NCBI GenBank assembly: GCA_022605425.2 | Contig: CM061252.1 | Location: forward strand, 186,001 to 250,000 | DNA: 64,000 nucleotides | Direction: 5' to 3' | From: Hamiltosporidium tvaerminnensis FI-OER-3-3 | Lineage: Eukaryota; Fungi; Microsporidia | Shown: positions 39,700 through 51,470 of the stretch, in pieces | Layout of the letters: every line of letters starts with the position of its first letter | Position numbering within the stretch: position 1 is the first letter of the stretch | Made by a program: the position numbers and the translations under genes | The notes under the pieces: generated by a model | What the model was told of the DNA's origin: nothing | Database searches by the model: none | The model's input: only the letters and a program-made list of their open reading frames with translations

Positions 39700-40225
39700 A
39701 ACATGAGGTGAAACTAAGATTTCTTTTTTCAAGTCATTTTTTATTAATTTTCCTGAAGGCACCCATTTTTCACCAAATGTTATAATCTTCTGTAAATGCT
39801 TTATTTATTGATAAATTGTGATCATCTTTATTTCGCGTTGAGGAATCATTTTCATATATTTTAAATTCGGACATAAAATCTTTTTTTGTTTTTTGAGTTA
39901 CTTTATTTCTTCTTTTTATTTTCATATTATTCTCAAAATCAGTATCGGAATTTCGATTTTATTTTTTCATATGCCTTTTTAACTTTGTTTTCAAGGTCTT
40001 GAACCCATAAATCGTTAAAATATTTATATGTATTAAACCGATCTTTTATATTCATATTTTTTGTAATGTTAGTCGGGTTTTTATATTATGCAAAAAGAAT
40101 TGTATTAGTGTAAAGTATAATCGTCATTTATTATCTCCGAACCCGGTATATTTCCATTTAAAGATCCTTTCATTGAACATTGTTGCTTCTACAATACAGA
40201 TTATCATCAATATACATAGAGCCAT
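39700..40225 (-). pseudogene. Paralogue of the 31110-31647 secreted protein, frameshifted
   Basis: MALCILMIICIVEATM start. Nucleotide similarity to 31400-31650 (e.g. ccataaatcg, aacattgtt.cttctacaatac). Confidence 0.55.
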
Positions 40226-40502
40226 TCTCCTATACAATTTCGTTTATATTTATGCTTTTGTAAATTCTAGATATATGCTAATTTGAGTCTCAAGATCTAA
40301 TTTTGGAATTAATTTAACCATAATTAAAACTTGTAATAAATTATTTTCTTTTGATATGTTTAACAAAGACTATTAAAGTTACCATATCTTGCAAAATATT
40401 TAACATGCTTATGATTCTTACAAAAATTAATCAATAATTTGAATTTAAAGTCATAATTTCTATCCATTAATTAAGCATAGAATGAAATATTTATTTAAAT
40501 TA

Positions 40503-40733
40503 ACTTACTTACTTAATCCGTTCCTCTTTTACCTCTCAGTGTCGAGGATAACAAATAAATGTTTTCCATTTGTTTCTTTTGATCAGTTGTAACTCCGAGT
40601 TATAAGGGAATTAGCCTATATCCAGCGTGGTTTATATTCCATCACAATGACAGCAATGATTTTAATACGAATTATACAGATTCATTACCAAGCATAATTT
40701 TTTTAATGTGGTTATCCTTCCTCCACCGCATTT
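40503..40733 (-). repeat. Dispersed family, short type A, copy 3 (inverted)
   Basis: Reverse complement reads ATG CGG TGG AGG AAG GAT AAC CAC ATT... and ends gattaagtaagtaag. Confidence 0.8.
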
Positions 40734-40799
40734 AAATTAAAACTTATTTAAAATGCAATGAAAATTTAAATTCTTATATTGAATTATTTCCTAATACAA

Positions 40800-41750
40800 G
40801 GTAAATATAAAGAAAATGTTTCTATGAGTAATTTTTGAGAATTTAAAGATTTCTACTAGATCTTTAAGTATTTATTAGGAATTTACTAAACACTTTTTAG
40901 CAAATAATTTGAAATATAGGCTTTAATATGGTGATGCCTTGGTTGCATCAATTTTTTGAACTTCTAAAAATATTTCAAGATTTTAAAAAAATTCTTTTTC
41001 TAAATTATTAACTACAATTCATGAATAAATATATAATCTTCAGAAAAATTTGCATGATTTATATTGTTTTCGTGATATTAACGAAGTTATGGGTAATGCC
41101 TTGATTAATTATTCTTAATAAACCATCGATTTCTGTTAGAGACCTGATATAGTAAGTTGTTCACTAGGAGGTATTCAGTACCCATTGATGAGCAAGAGCT
41201 TTGTCCGGTTTCTACGTCTACCGTTTTTTGTTTGCCATCGCAAGCCAAATCTCACTTTGGATTTTATAAGACTATTAGCGTTTCACCCTACTCTGACTTT
41301 CAAAATTCAATATAATTAGCCAGAATATTTCTTAGCAACTTAAAGGGTTAGTCCAGGAGTTATAATGCTATATTATCAGATATAATCTGCTATCTAGCAT
41401 TCCTCTCTTTGTGAAAGGCTTGTTTTTTTTGTATCTTCACGGTTCTTAATTTATTAATACATAGAAACAAGGCTATGTTTTTTAAGCTTTTAATATCGAC
41501 TATCTACAATTTTAGTCTTCATTTTCATCAAATCACATAAAAAAACTACAAAATAATTTTTAAGAAATTTTTTGTCTTTTACAGACCACTTCTTTCAGAT
41601 ACACATTCCTACCGAGCTACCAAAAATGCGGTTTAGTTTTCTTTAAACAAAAAATATAACACTTGTTTTCAAGTTAATTTCACATACTCATTATCAAGAA
41701 GATATTTTTCAACGTGGTTAATCTCCATCTATCATTCATTCGACTACAAA
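40800..41750 (-). mobile_element. Possible Mutator/MULE transposase relic
   Basis: Minus-strand TVDVETGQSSCS near 41190-41225 resembles a SWIM finger (VD.E.G.CSC). The rest is decayed. Confidence 0.3.
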
Positions 41751-41785
41751 TAATAACATTTAAAATTTACAGTTATAAGCAATCT

Positions 41786-42445
41786 TAATGTGGAGAATAA
41801 TAACTTAAAAAACTTTCTTATTGGAAACGAAGAGGTGAAATTGATGTATAAAATCATTGTTTACATTTTTCTTGAGAATAAAACCACAATACATTTTTGG
41901 CTTTCCCTCCGAGTTTGCACGAGAAGGCCTACTAATCTGCGAAACTTTTAGATAATTACCATGTAAAATTATCGAAACCCAGTCTTTCTCATTAGGTTGA
42001 AAGACCTTGCGACTGGGAGGTACAAAAATATAACCATTTTAAGTCGAGAAAGCTAAATAGCAGGTTATACATGTTGGTATGACATTGCACTGTATAGAAG
42101 AATCCCGTGTAGTTCGCTACGGAATATCTTAGCTAGAGGTTTATTGGATTTGGGTGTTTTGGCTACAGTCAAATGCTCCATAGTCTAGATTGAGCTCAGG
42201 AGTGGTTCGACTTTCAGTCACACCCCATGCAACGGATATTAAAAAACTCCGATCAACTGCCTTTCTGGTTAATTGGGTTCGCAAACATTTTAGAGAAAGA
42301 CTTTGGAATATAGGTATCGTAAAGAGTATCAATAGAGGCACAGGAAGCGCGGATTTATGTTAAACCAGAACTGCGTTAGTGTCATGAAAACAATATAACA
42401 CCTGCCACTGTTTTTTTGAAGGATGTGATATTCAAATAAAAAAAA
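41786..42445 (+). repeat. Dispersed family type B, copy with an internal deletion
   Basis: Closest to 4366-5105 (tagcaggttatac.tgttggtatgacattgcactgt; tttatgttaaacc.agaactgcgtta.tgtcatgaaaaca). Confidence 0.85.
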
Positions 42446-42796
42446 TTGTAAAAGATTCTAGCTTTATAACTTTTGTTTTGAAGCAAAAGACAATCAACAC
42501 AGATTCTTGAAAAGCTTATTGGCTTTCTAACCAATATTGTTCGTTTTTTTACTAAAAATAAATTTATTTACAAGATACTTTGTGCTTATTAGGTTATTAT
42601 TTATAACCAAATTTTCTTTAGGATATATAGGATTACGAATAGTGGTTTTAAGTAAATATCACATTATATTTCATTGACAAACAATATATTCGTTATACCA
42701 GCAAAATTATATCCCTTCCCGGTTTTCTTTGATTTTGACATCTAAATGTGAATTTTCTAATAAAAATCTGGAATATGACTTTTGCGTAAATATTAT

Positions 42797-43047
42797 TAGA
42801 ATAAAAATTAAATTTTATTATCGTCATCGCAACTATAGCCCTGCAAGAGCCTTAGCCGCCTCGATAATCACTCCTATGGGTATTTTTCCAGTGGGATTGT
42901 TTACTTTTTCGGGCTTCGTAACAATGTAGTTTTAAAGAGTGGGTTGTTAGCCCAACGCCAACCTGGAATGTCAGTCCCTTTTCGTCACCTCTCAAGGCAA
43001 GCAGAGAATACTCCAAACCAATTATTCACACGGCATGAAGGGCAATC
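42797..43047 (-). mobile_element. Second RTE-derived bipartite element
   Basis: Reverse complement aligns end to end with 35748-35976. (GAT)n-like tail; possible TSD taaatattat at 42787 and 43048. Confidence 0.7.
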
Positions 43048-43261
43048 TAAATATTATATAATATTCTATAATGTTAATATATTATTTCATAGACAATATA
43101 AAGCTTTATTACTTAAATATTTAAAGGTATATTTTACGTCTTTATACCGTAAAAACAATCGCAACTGTCTTAATTACCAAGGTATACACAATCCAAACCT
43201 TTTTTTACTTCTTTTGATTTTTTTATAAATTTTCTTATAAAAATACACCCGACTTTTTTAT

Positions 43262-43693
43262 ATGTCATTAAACGATATTCTCACAGAAATAAAAAATACA
43301 GACAAACAAACAGAACACATATTCTACCTTCATTTCTACGAAGAATACAAATACTTCTGTAATTATTTAGATTTACAAATAATTCCTACACTAAAAATGC
43401 TTTTATATATACAAAACGACAAAGAAATTATTTTTAATTTAAAAAATAATATTTGGAGAAAAGCCAAGTTATGTTCAACAGATAATTTAATTTTTAAAAT
43501 CAATAATATATATTTTTCCAAAGTAAATAAATATGAAGGATTAGAAATTATTTTAAATATTTTAAATATTCTTTGTATTGAAATAGAAATACTTAAAAAA
43601 AATATTTTAGAGGTTTTTTATTCTCATCGGCCTGATAAGACAGAAAAAATTCGTAAAGGAAGAGGTAGGAAAAAGAAATCTGAATGTGATTGA
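43262..43693 (+). CDS. Hypothetical protein with a basic C-terminal tail
   Basis: 143-aa ORF, CCC motif about 12 nt upstream of the ATG, RKGRGRKKK NLS/AT-hook-like tail. Confidence 0.6.
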   Translation: MSLNDILTEIKNTDKQTEHIFYLHFYEEYKYFCNYLDLQIIPTLKMLLYIQNDKEIIFNLKNNIWRKAKLCSTDNLIFKINNIYFSKVNKYEGLEIILNILNILCIEIEILKKNILEVFYSHRPDKTEKIRKGRGRKKKSECD

Positions 43694-44435
43694 TATATTA
43701 GATTTTTATATTTGTACCTTTAAATGTCTTTCAATACTTTTAGATACTAATACCTATATTATATTTAAGTAAAACATTTATTAATAAATAATTTATTATT
43801 TAATAATCAGAATACTTTAAATACAACTAACTCAATGATAATATAAGAAAATTATAAATAAGACATAATTTATTATTCTTTATTTTAAATTATTTTGTTA
43901 TTTCTAACTTAATTATATTCCTTTTATATTTTCAATATTTTATATCTCAACACTATTTATGATAAAATGAATTATAATAAAAGTTTAAATTATTTTGTTA
44001 TTTCTAACTTAATTACATTCCTTTTATATTTTCAATATTTTATATCTCCACACTATTACAAGTAAAATGAATTATAATAAAAATTTAAATTAACGCTTGT
44101 TTATTTACAATTCAATATTTTAGTATAAATTTTTAAATTTTTCCGTTGAAATATATTTCCAGACATATTTTTTTATTTACAACAATATTCTATAATAATT
44201 TTTAATATAAAAAACTGAACTTAAATTTACTTTAGTTAAAAACTCTGTCATGAATCAAAAACCATATCTAAAAAATACATACTTTAATTTACTTAAGTTG
44301 ATAACTCTGTTATGAATCAAAAAGCATATCTAAAAAATACATACTTTAATTTAATTTTGAAATAATTCTGTTAAACTCAGAGACAAATAAATTCTAATTA
44401 TTTCATCAACACGTGCTACACCAACCAGATCGTCT

Positions 44436-44714
44436 TTAATACCATACATTCTTATTGCTAATAGCATTCTTTACATTTTTAAACATATCTTCAAATCGAG
44501 AGCCATTTTCAGTATTTATTTCTGAATTAACACTTATTAATTTATAAAAAGGTACATATTCTCTCATTTCACGTACAGAATAAACATGACCAAACCCATT
44601 TCCACGTAATTGTAGATTTAAACCAACAAACTCACCACCTCGTGTTATAGTATATCCATCTACAAATGTTCCTTGGATATTATAAACACAAAGAAATACA
44701 AAAAATAAATACAT
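44436..44714 (-). CDS. Small putative secreted protein
   Basis: 92-aa ORF with a signal-like N-terminus (MYLFFVFLCVYNIQG). Confidence 0.5.
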   Translation of the reverse strand: MYLFFVFLCVYNIQGTFVDGYTITRGGEFVGLNLQLRGNGFGHVYSVREMREYVPFYKLISVNSEINTENGSRFEDMFKNVKNAISNKNVWY

Positions 44715-45396
44715 TACTATTTACATTTTTTTCGTTATTTATAATTTTACAGATTTAAATGAATTCAATTTAATCATTTGAAGACAGAATTAAAATATTT
44801 TATGTCCTTAAATTATACTTGAAATATTTTTAAGATATGAAAAAATTCAATTTAATTATTTGAATACAGAATTAAAATATTTTATGTCCTTAAATTACCT
44901 TTATTATACCTTTGAAATATTGTAATATTATTTTAAAATCTAATATATTTACAAACAAATACAAACATACGAATCTACTGTTATTAAATCTAAAAATACA
45001 TGAAAAATAAAAAAATTTCCTTTTATAGAATCTAAAGAAATATAAATGAATTAAAAAAAATTGTAGCAATGAAATATACTTTGTACTTGATTTTTTTATA
45101 CCCCAAAATAACTGTCATTATGTCCTATCATTAACTTAATATACGTTGGTTTGTAAGTTTTAGACAAAAAAAAAGAACGAAAATTTCATAATAGACATAT
45201 TTAAAGCTATTTACATGATCACAGAAACACCCTTTTTCTTCCTGAAATTTCATCTAATCTGATTAGATAACCAAAGAAATATATTTGAAATTAGTGTTTA
45301 AGCATTAATTTTTAAAAATAGAATTATAATGTAACATTAATCGTTTGTATCCAATGTTTTTTTCGTTAAGATACACATATTTTTTTTTATTTCCAA

Positions 45397-45555
45397 ACAA
45401 AATAATATGAAATTTGAAATGTATTGTGATTGATTAGCAACAACTATATTGATAAGAATCACAACAAAATAATATGAAATTAGAAATGTATTGTGATTGA
45501 TTAGCAACAACTATATTGATAAGAATCACAACAAAATAATATGAAATTTGAAATG
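45397..45555. repeat. 67-bp tandem repeat with an internal hairpin
   Basis: gtattgtgat at 45421 and 45488. Each unit has inverted arms ttgtgatt...aatcacaa. Confidence 0.85.
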
Positions 45556-46329
45556 ATATAAATTAAAACGAAAAAAAAAAAATCTAAAAGATTTTTGGAA
45601 TAGAAATTTCAATAAAAAAATAAAATATTTAAATTTCAATAAATTTCTACTCAATCAAAATCAAGATAAAAAAAGATGTACCAACAGTTAAACGAAAGAA
45701 ACCTAGAATTCTTAAATAAACATCATAATTATTATTTATTATATTGTCTGTTTTATTTTCAAATGACTGGCTTCTATCTAGGATTCTACAAATATTAAAA
45801 GAAAAAACGACCAGTTTTATGATTTATTTTGTCTGATCAATATTTCAATAGAAAACTTTTTTTTTCACAATACGCTCTTCATTCTTTTGTTAAATCAAAA
45901 TAATTATTTACCACCTACTCTGTGATTAGTCCTAAAATCATCCTTGCAAATCCTTCGGACTTTTTGTCATCTTAGCTTTTTTCTTCTTAGCTTTTTCTTC
46001 TTAGCTTTTGTCTTCTAAGCTTTTTTTATTTATAAAAGCTTTTTGTCTTCTTCGTTTTTTTTCTTTATAAAAGCTTTCTGTAAGAAATATTTGATTTTAA
46101 AAAAGAAATCTATTTTATTACAATCTACCTATCATTCCTTTGCATTTTAAAAAAGTTCATTTACTCCTTTAGTTTCTACAACTTAGTTATTTTATTAAAG
46201 ATAAAGTACATCTTCTAATATTTTCAATTGATATTGTTTTGTCAAATAATAGCTCCTATATAAGTATATTAACCAACACCGATATACTATAAAAAATTAA
46301 TATTTTTAAAAGTATAATGGATAGAAGGA

Positions 46330-46620
46330 AAAGGTATATCAAATAAGAAGATGTATATCAACTATATCACATAAGAAAGTATATCAACAGAAGAAGTATA
46401 TCAACAGAAGAAGTATATCAACAGAAGAAGTATATCAACAGAAGAAGTATATCAACAGAAGAAGTATATCAAAGAAAGTATATCAGCAGAAGAAGTAAAT
46501 CATCATAAGAAGTATATCAAAGAAAGTATATCAAAGAAAGTATATCAAATAGGAAGTATATCAAAGAAAGTATATCAAATAGGAAGTATATCAAAGAAAG
46601 TATATCAACATAAGAAAGTA
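46330..46620. repeat. Minisatellite (aagaagtatatcaacag-like, 13-17 bp units)
   Basis: Repeated agtatatcaa core. Confidence 0.9.
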
Positions 46621-47154
46621 TTTTTTTACATTTATTCCTGTAACGTTCGGATTTTAAAAAATTCACACGCAAAGTCTATTTCACAATCCCGATGCTCACA
46701 TATGAACCGATTAAATAAAACATGTCAATTATAAGGTATCTTAGATTACTTAATTAAATATAGAAAGCTTATATTTTAAAAAAAAAAAATCCGTTAATAT
46801 GAAATACCCGATCCAGAGTAATATTTAATTTTTTATATTAAACCAGACTTGTGTTTTAATATTAAAGCTATTCATATAAATGTTTATTGTGACATATAAT
46901 TCATAATTCATGTAATTATATTCAAAACACTTTTCATCAGAAAGTAGTATGTCGATATGTTTTTTTCTTTATAAAACAGTTCATCTATTTATTCTACAAA
47001 CTACCTGGTATATTTTCTTTGTATTGACATTTCAAAAATATATTTTTAATGTATATCAATAACAGTAAAAATTATTAATAATTGTATTTTTTCATATATT
47101 TCAATAGATCTATAAAATAAAATTTGATGTGTTACAATGTTTTCTTTTCTATTT

Positions 47155-47285
47155 TATTTAAACTAAGTTTGATTTATTAAACCAGGTTTGATTGTTTAAA
47201 CTAAGTTTGATTTATTTAACTAGGTTTGATTTATTTAAACTAGGCTGTTTTATTTAAACTAGGCTGTTTTATTAAATTAGGTCGT
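47155..47285. repeat. Degenerate 18-19-bp minisatellite (ttaaactaggtttgatt)
   Basis: About 7 tandem units visible. Confidence 0.8.
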
Positions 47286-47554
47286 ATTGTTTAAAAGATA
47301 AAATTATAAGAAATTTTCTCATATAAACACCATATTACCATCTTAAAATACCAAAATCTAGATATCACATTGAGATATAATATATCTTTTTGTTATTCCC
47401 TAAAGGATTTAAAAAATGCAACTCTAATTATATTCCTCTAATACTTCACAATACCATCTCCTATTACATTTAATCTCGTTTTTAATTCCATATAAAACAT
47501 ATTTATTTAATTTCTTTGCTTCTTCTAATAATAATATTTTTTTTCATAAGTTAT

Positions 47555-50500
47555 TATTTAATAAAATTCTGGGTTAAAATATTTTTTACCATTTTTTACA
47601 TGTTTTCTTCTACCTCTTTAACCACTTTTGTCTCTTCTTCCAAATCCGACTCTTCATTTATGTTATTGGTCGGTTCCTCTAAAGTGGTTCCTCCTTGTAA
47701 AATAAAGGGGGCTTTATATTTTGGTTTAAAATTTTTGGCACCATCTTCCTCTGTTTTCGCTTCTTTTAAAGGGGGTATTGGTTCCTCATGCATCTCTGAT
47801 CTCATAATAACACCCATTGACGCTCTCTCCCAGCTCTCTTCGGCATTTAGTCCTGACTCAAGTCCTCTTCGTCGATCAAAGGAAATAGTTTCGACTGTCT
47901 TTTTAAGTACTATAGACTGAATGTATGCCTCTACATTCATGGGTATTTCTAGTCTTTTAAGATGAGATTTATGGTATTTTGTCACAATACCGTCCCAGGT
48001 CATCACATAAGGGATTATCTCAACACTACACTTATAAATAAGACCCAACTCATTGGCTAGCAGGTCATACTTCCTAAGTTTTTCAGTTTCAACTATTTGA
48101 AGTGAATCTTGGGAAGTGATTCCTACTTCAATGAGTGTTATCTTATTCTTCTTCTTATCTAAAATAAATATGTCTGGTCTGTTATTCCGAATTTTAACAT
48201 CAGTTTTAATTCTGGTGTCCACTCTTATCTCTGCATACTCATTATCAAGAATTTCTTGAACTGAGTGGCTCCTTATTCGTTTTGAAGACTTAAACTTATA
48301 TCTATTTAGAAGGAAGAAGGTGTAGGCATCTGACCACTTCATTATGCCGTCTAGTGTAATCATGGCCTAGCATTTTTTCGCATCTAGTTGCTAGATGATC
48401 CACAGTCTTACCAGACTTCCCGCAATGTTGACACACACCATCTGCTCCCCAGAATACATTTCTATCCTGGATATAGCAGAACACAGCTTCATTTCGTGGC
48501 CTAATATTTCCTCTCTTTAGCCACCTTGAAGAGTCACTAACACTCACAAGCTCATTTTTTCCTTGCATTATATAACTTTGAATGGAGTTTTCGTTTTTCT
48601 ATTTCGTTATATAGTTTTGCAAGTTGAGCTTCTTCTAAACTTTTCTTAGTGACTTCTTCTACCAACCTGTACTTTACTTTTAAGAAGCCTTTTATTAGTG
48701 CAAGATGGGTTTTATTATTATTCTCCACCTTGAGGATTGCTGCTCGTCTAGTTGATATTTCTTTACTTTTTTCCAGACAATCCAAGAGTTGCAGAAGCAT
48801 ATGTTCGCTTCGCAACTCAACACTATGTAGGCCTCTTCCAAGTTCTGTTCTAGGAAGATACAACCGCTCTTTACATCCTGGGCGGAGATGTATCTTATTT
48901 TTAACCAACACCGCACGCACTGCATCATCTAACTTAGAGAAGTCAGCCGGTTCAAGTCGAAGTACTCCTATGTGGTAGTTGATTAACGATATCGCATGTT
49001 GATTGATTGCAGAAAATAAATTTTTTGCATTTAATCTAGTGTGACAAAGTCTTTCAACTCTTGATATAAGTTTGCTCTGTACTTCTTCAAATGAGCTACG
49101 TGTTGGGATTCCTCTGCTATCTTCTATTATTCCTAAATATTTGTAAACACTAACACCTTCTAGAAGAGTAGCAGTATCTTCACAACAAGTATCATTTGTG
49201 GCTGACTTCTCTTTGTTAATCTCTAAGCCAATCACCTCTAAAAATTCCTTTGCCTCGCCTGTCATAGCACTCAATGTGGAGCTGTCTTTTGCAAGGAGCT
49301 TAAGATCATCAATAAACAAGAGATGATTAGTAGAATGGGATTCTGCATCTGTTTGTACTGTCACTTTTGTGTATTTTTCATTAAGCTTTCGGCTTAATGG
49401 ATCCATACACAACACAAATAACAAAGGTGACAGACTATCTCCTTGCAGGATCCCTCTATCAATCTTCTTGCTCATGATTTTTTCAGGCCCTACTGATATA
49501 TCAATTTTCCATTTTGATATAATTACCTTAATAAATTTCAGGATCCAATCAGGTAAATTAAGGTTTTCAATGCATTGAGTTAAATAAGCATGATCTATTG
49601 AATCATAAGCTTTTTTAACATCAATCCATGTTGCCTTAAGATTGTTTCCGTACTCTTTATTTAAGGCAATATTCAGTAGAGCCTGCTCTTTCGCTCCCTG
49701 CACACCTCTTACCGCCCCTAGTTGGTTCTCTGCAAGCAACCCTCGCCTTTCCACTTCAAGTTGAACGACTTTCGTTACACACTTTGTCGTTAACTTATAG
49801 AGGTTGGACATACAAGTGATTGGCCTGTAGTCAGAGCCTCTTCGTGGAATTCCTTTCGGTATCAAATACGTAAGCCCGCAGTAAAACCAATCAGCTTGAG
49901 GTGTTCCTTCTAAACATATAACTTTCACAATATCATAAAGATATTTGTGAAGAGTTGTAAGTTTCTTAATGAAAAAATTGTAAATACCATCAATTCCAGC
50001 AGCTTTCCAATTAGGGAGCCAATTAATGATATTCACAAATTCATCAAGTGAAGGAAACGTGGTCGGATGATTATCTGATACAAATGGAATCAAATAATCA
50101 TCGTACGTGACTGTGTCATCATTTTTGTTCCACATTGTAGACCAAAAACTCACAATTTCATCACGGCTAACCACATGCTCGGATTCCACACGCTCAGATA
50201 ACCCACGATAAAATCGACCTCGGAAAAGCTCAAACATACGATTCTCTTTTCGGAATTGCTTCCTACTTTCATGCATCGTAATTTTTTTCTCGTAAACATT
50301 CAAAGACTCATTCTTCTTAACTAAAGCCTCAGAAAGATCAGTTACGCTGCTCAAGTTTAAATTAAACTCTCGCATGATTTTCTTAAGGCTCTTCGTTTCC
50401 GAAGTGGAGAGCTTTTCCTGCTTACGAGCCTTCTCGAGAAGATCTTTGGAAAGTACTAACTTAGAAATTTTACTTTCTATGTTTTCCTTCCAAGCGGATC

Positions 50501-50577
50501 TAGGCTTTTCTTTGCGTGTTGCCTCGTCATAGCATACCTGCGCAGCTTGCATGATATACGCGGCTTCCGTAATTGAC
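47555..50577 (-). mobile_element. 5'-truncated copy of the RT-REL retrotransposon, two +1 frameshifts
   Basis: Near-identical to 22060-25080. TSD ttcataagttat at 47543-47554 and 50578-50589. Extra bases near 48555 and 48310 split the frame into ORFs 48552-50582, 48302-48568 and 47596-48363. Confidence 0.95.
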
Positions 50578-51082
50578 TTCATAAGTTATACATTTAAATT
50601 TCAATAATTAATTTTTTAAAAAAATATATTTTTTTTTTAATTCTTATTTCTCAACTGTAAGTTTAATTTTGTTTTTTTTCTGTATATAAAGCAAAGTTTT
50701 ACAAAAATATTTTTTTATTCTTTACAAAATTATTTTTTTTATTTTCCATAAGAATTTAAAGTGTATTTTACTTTATTTTTTTAATAATAAATAAATCTAA
50801 TTAAGTGAGTTATTAATAATCATTTATTAAGAATTTAAAGTATATTTTACTTTATTTTTTTTAATAAATAAATCTAATTAAGGTATATTTCTTTACAAAA
50901 ACAATTTACTTTCATTTATATATATTTAGAATAGAATATGGATTGGAATAGATTAGATTAGAATGGATTAGAATATATGAATTAGAATAGAATAGAATAT
51001 ATTAAATTAGATTAGAATATATTAGATTGGATTGGATAGAACATAAAAAAATTTAAAAAACTAAAAAATATAAAAGGAATAT

Positions 51083-51470
51083 AACACCCTTTAACATACT
51101 ACTAATACATCATTTATTAGACCCTCTTATCTACTATCTACTATTAACACCCGTTATATAAGTATAGTAATTAACACCCACTTATTCCTGTACTATTATT
51201 AACACCCTCTACCATATCCTTATTATTAACACCCTCTTATCTAGTCTTATTATTAACACCCTCTACCATATCCTTATTATTAACACCTTCTTATTCCTGT
51301 ACTAATATTAACACCCCCTTATCTAATTTACTAGTATTTAACACCCTCTACCATATCCTTATAATTAACACCTTCTTATCTACTCTTATAATTAACACCC
51401 TCTAACATACTCTTATCTACTCCTTATACTTAACACCCTCTACCATACCCTAATACCCTCTACCATACCT
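51083..51470. repeat. ttaacaccc-core minisatellite (about 24-nt degenerate units)
   Basis: More than 12 ttaacacc(c) cores with variable spacers, abutting the Sec27 stop codon. Confidence 0.9.

Noticed and set aside
40503-40733. U1 snRNA resemblance (ACUUAC start, UUGUAACUCCG, AUAAUUUUU plus 3' hairpin)
   Set aside because: No U1-70K loop in stem-loop I, the motifs are not kept in the other two copies, and the codon-like signal is on the opposite strand.
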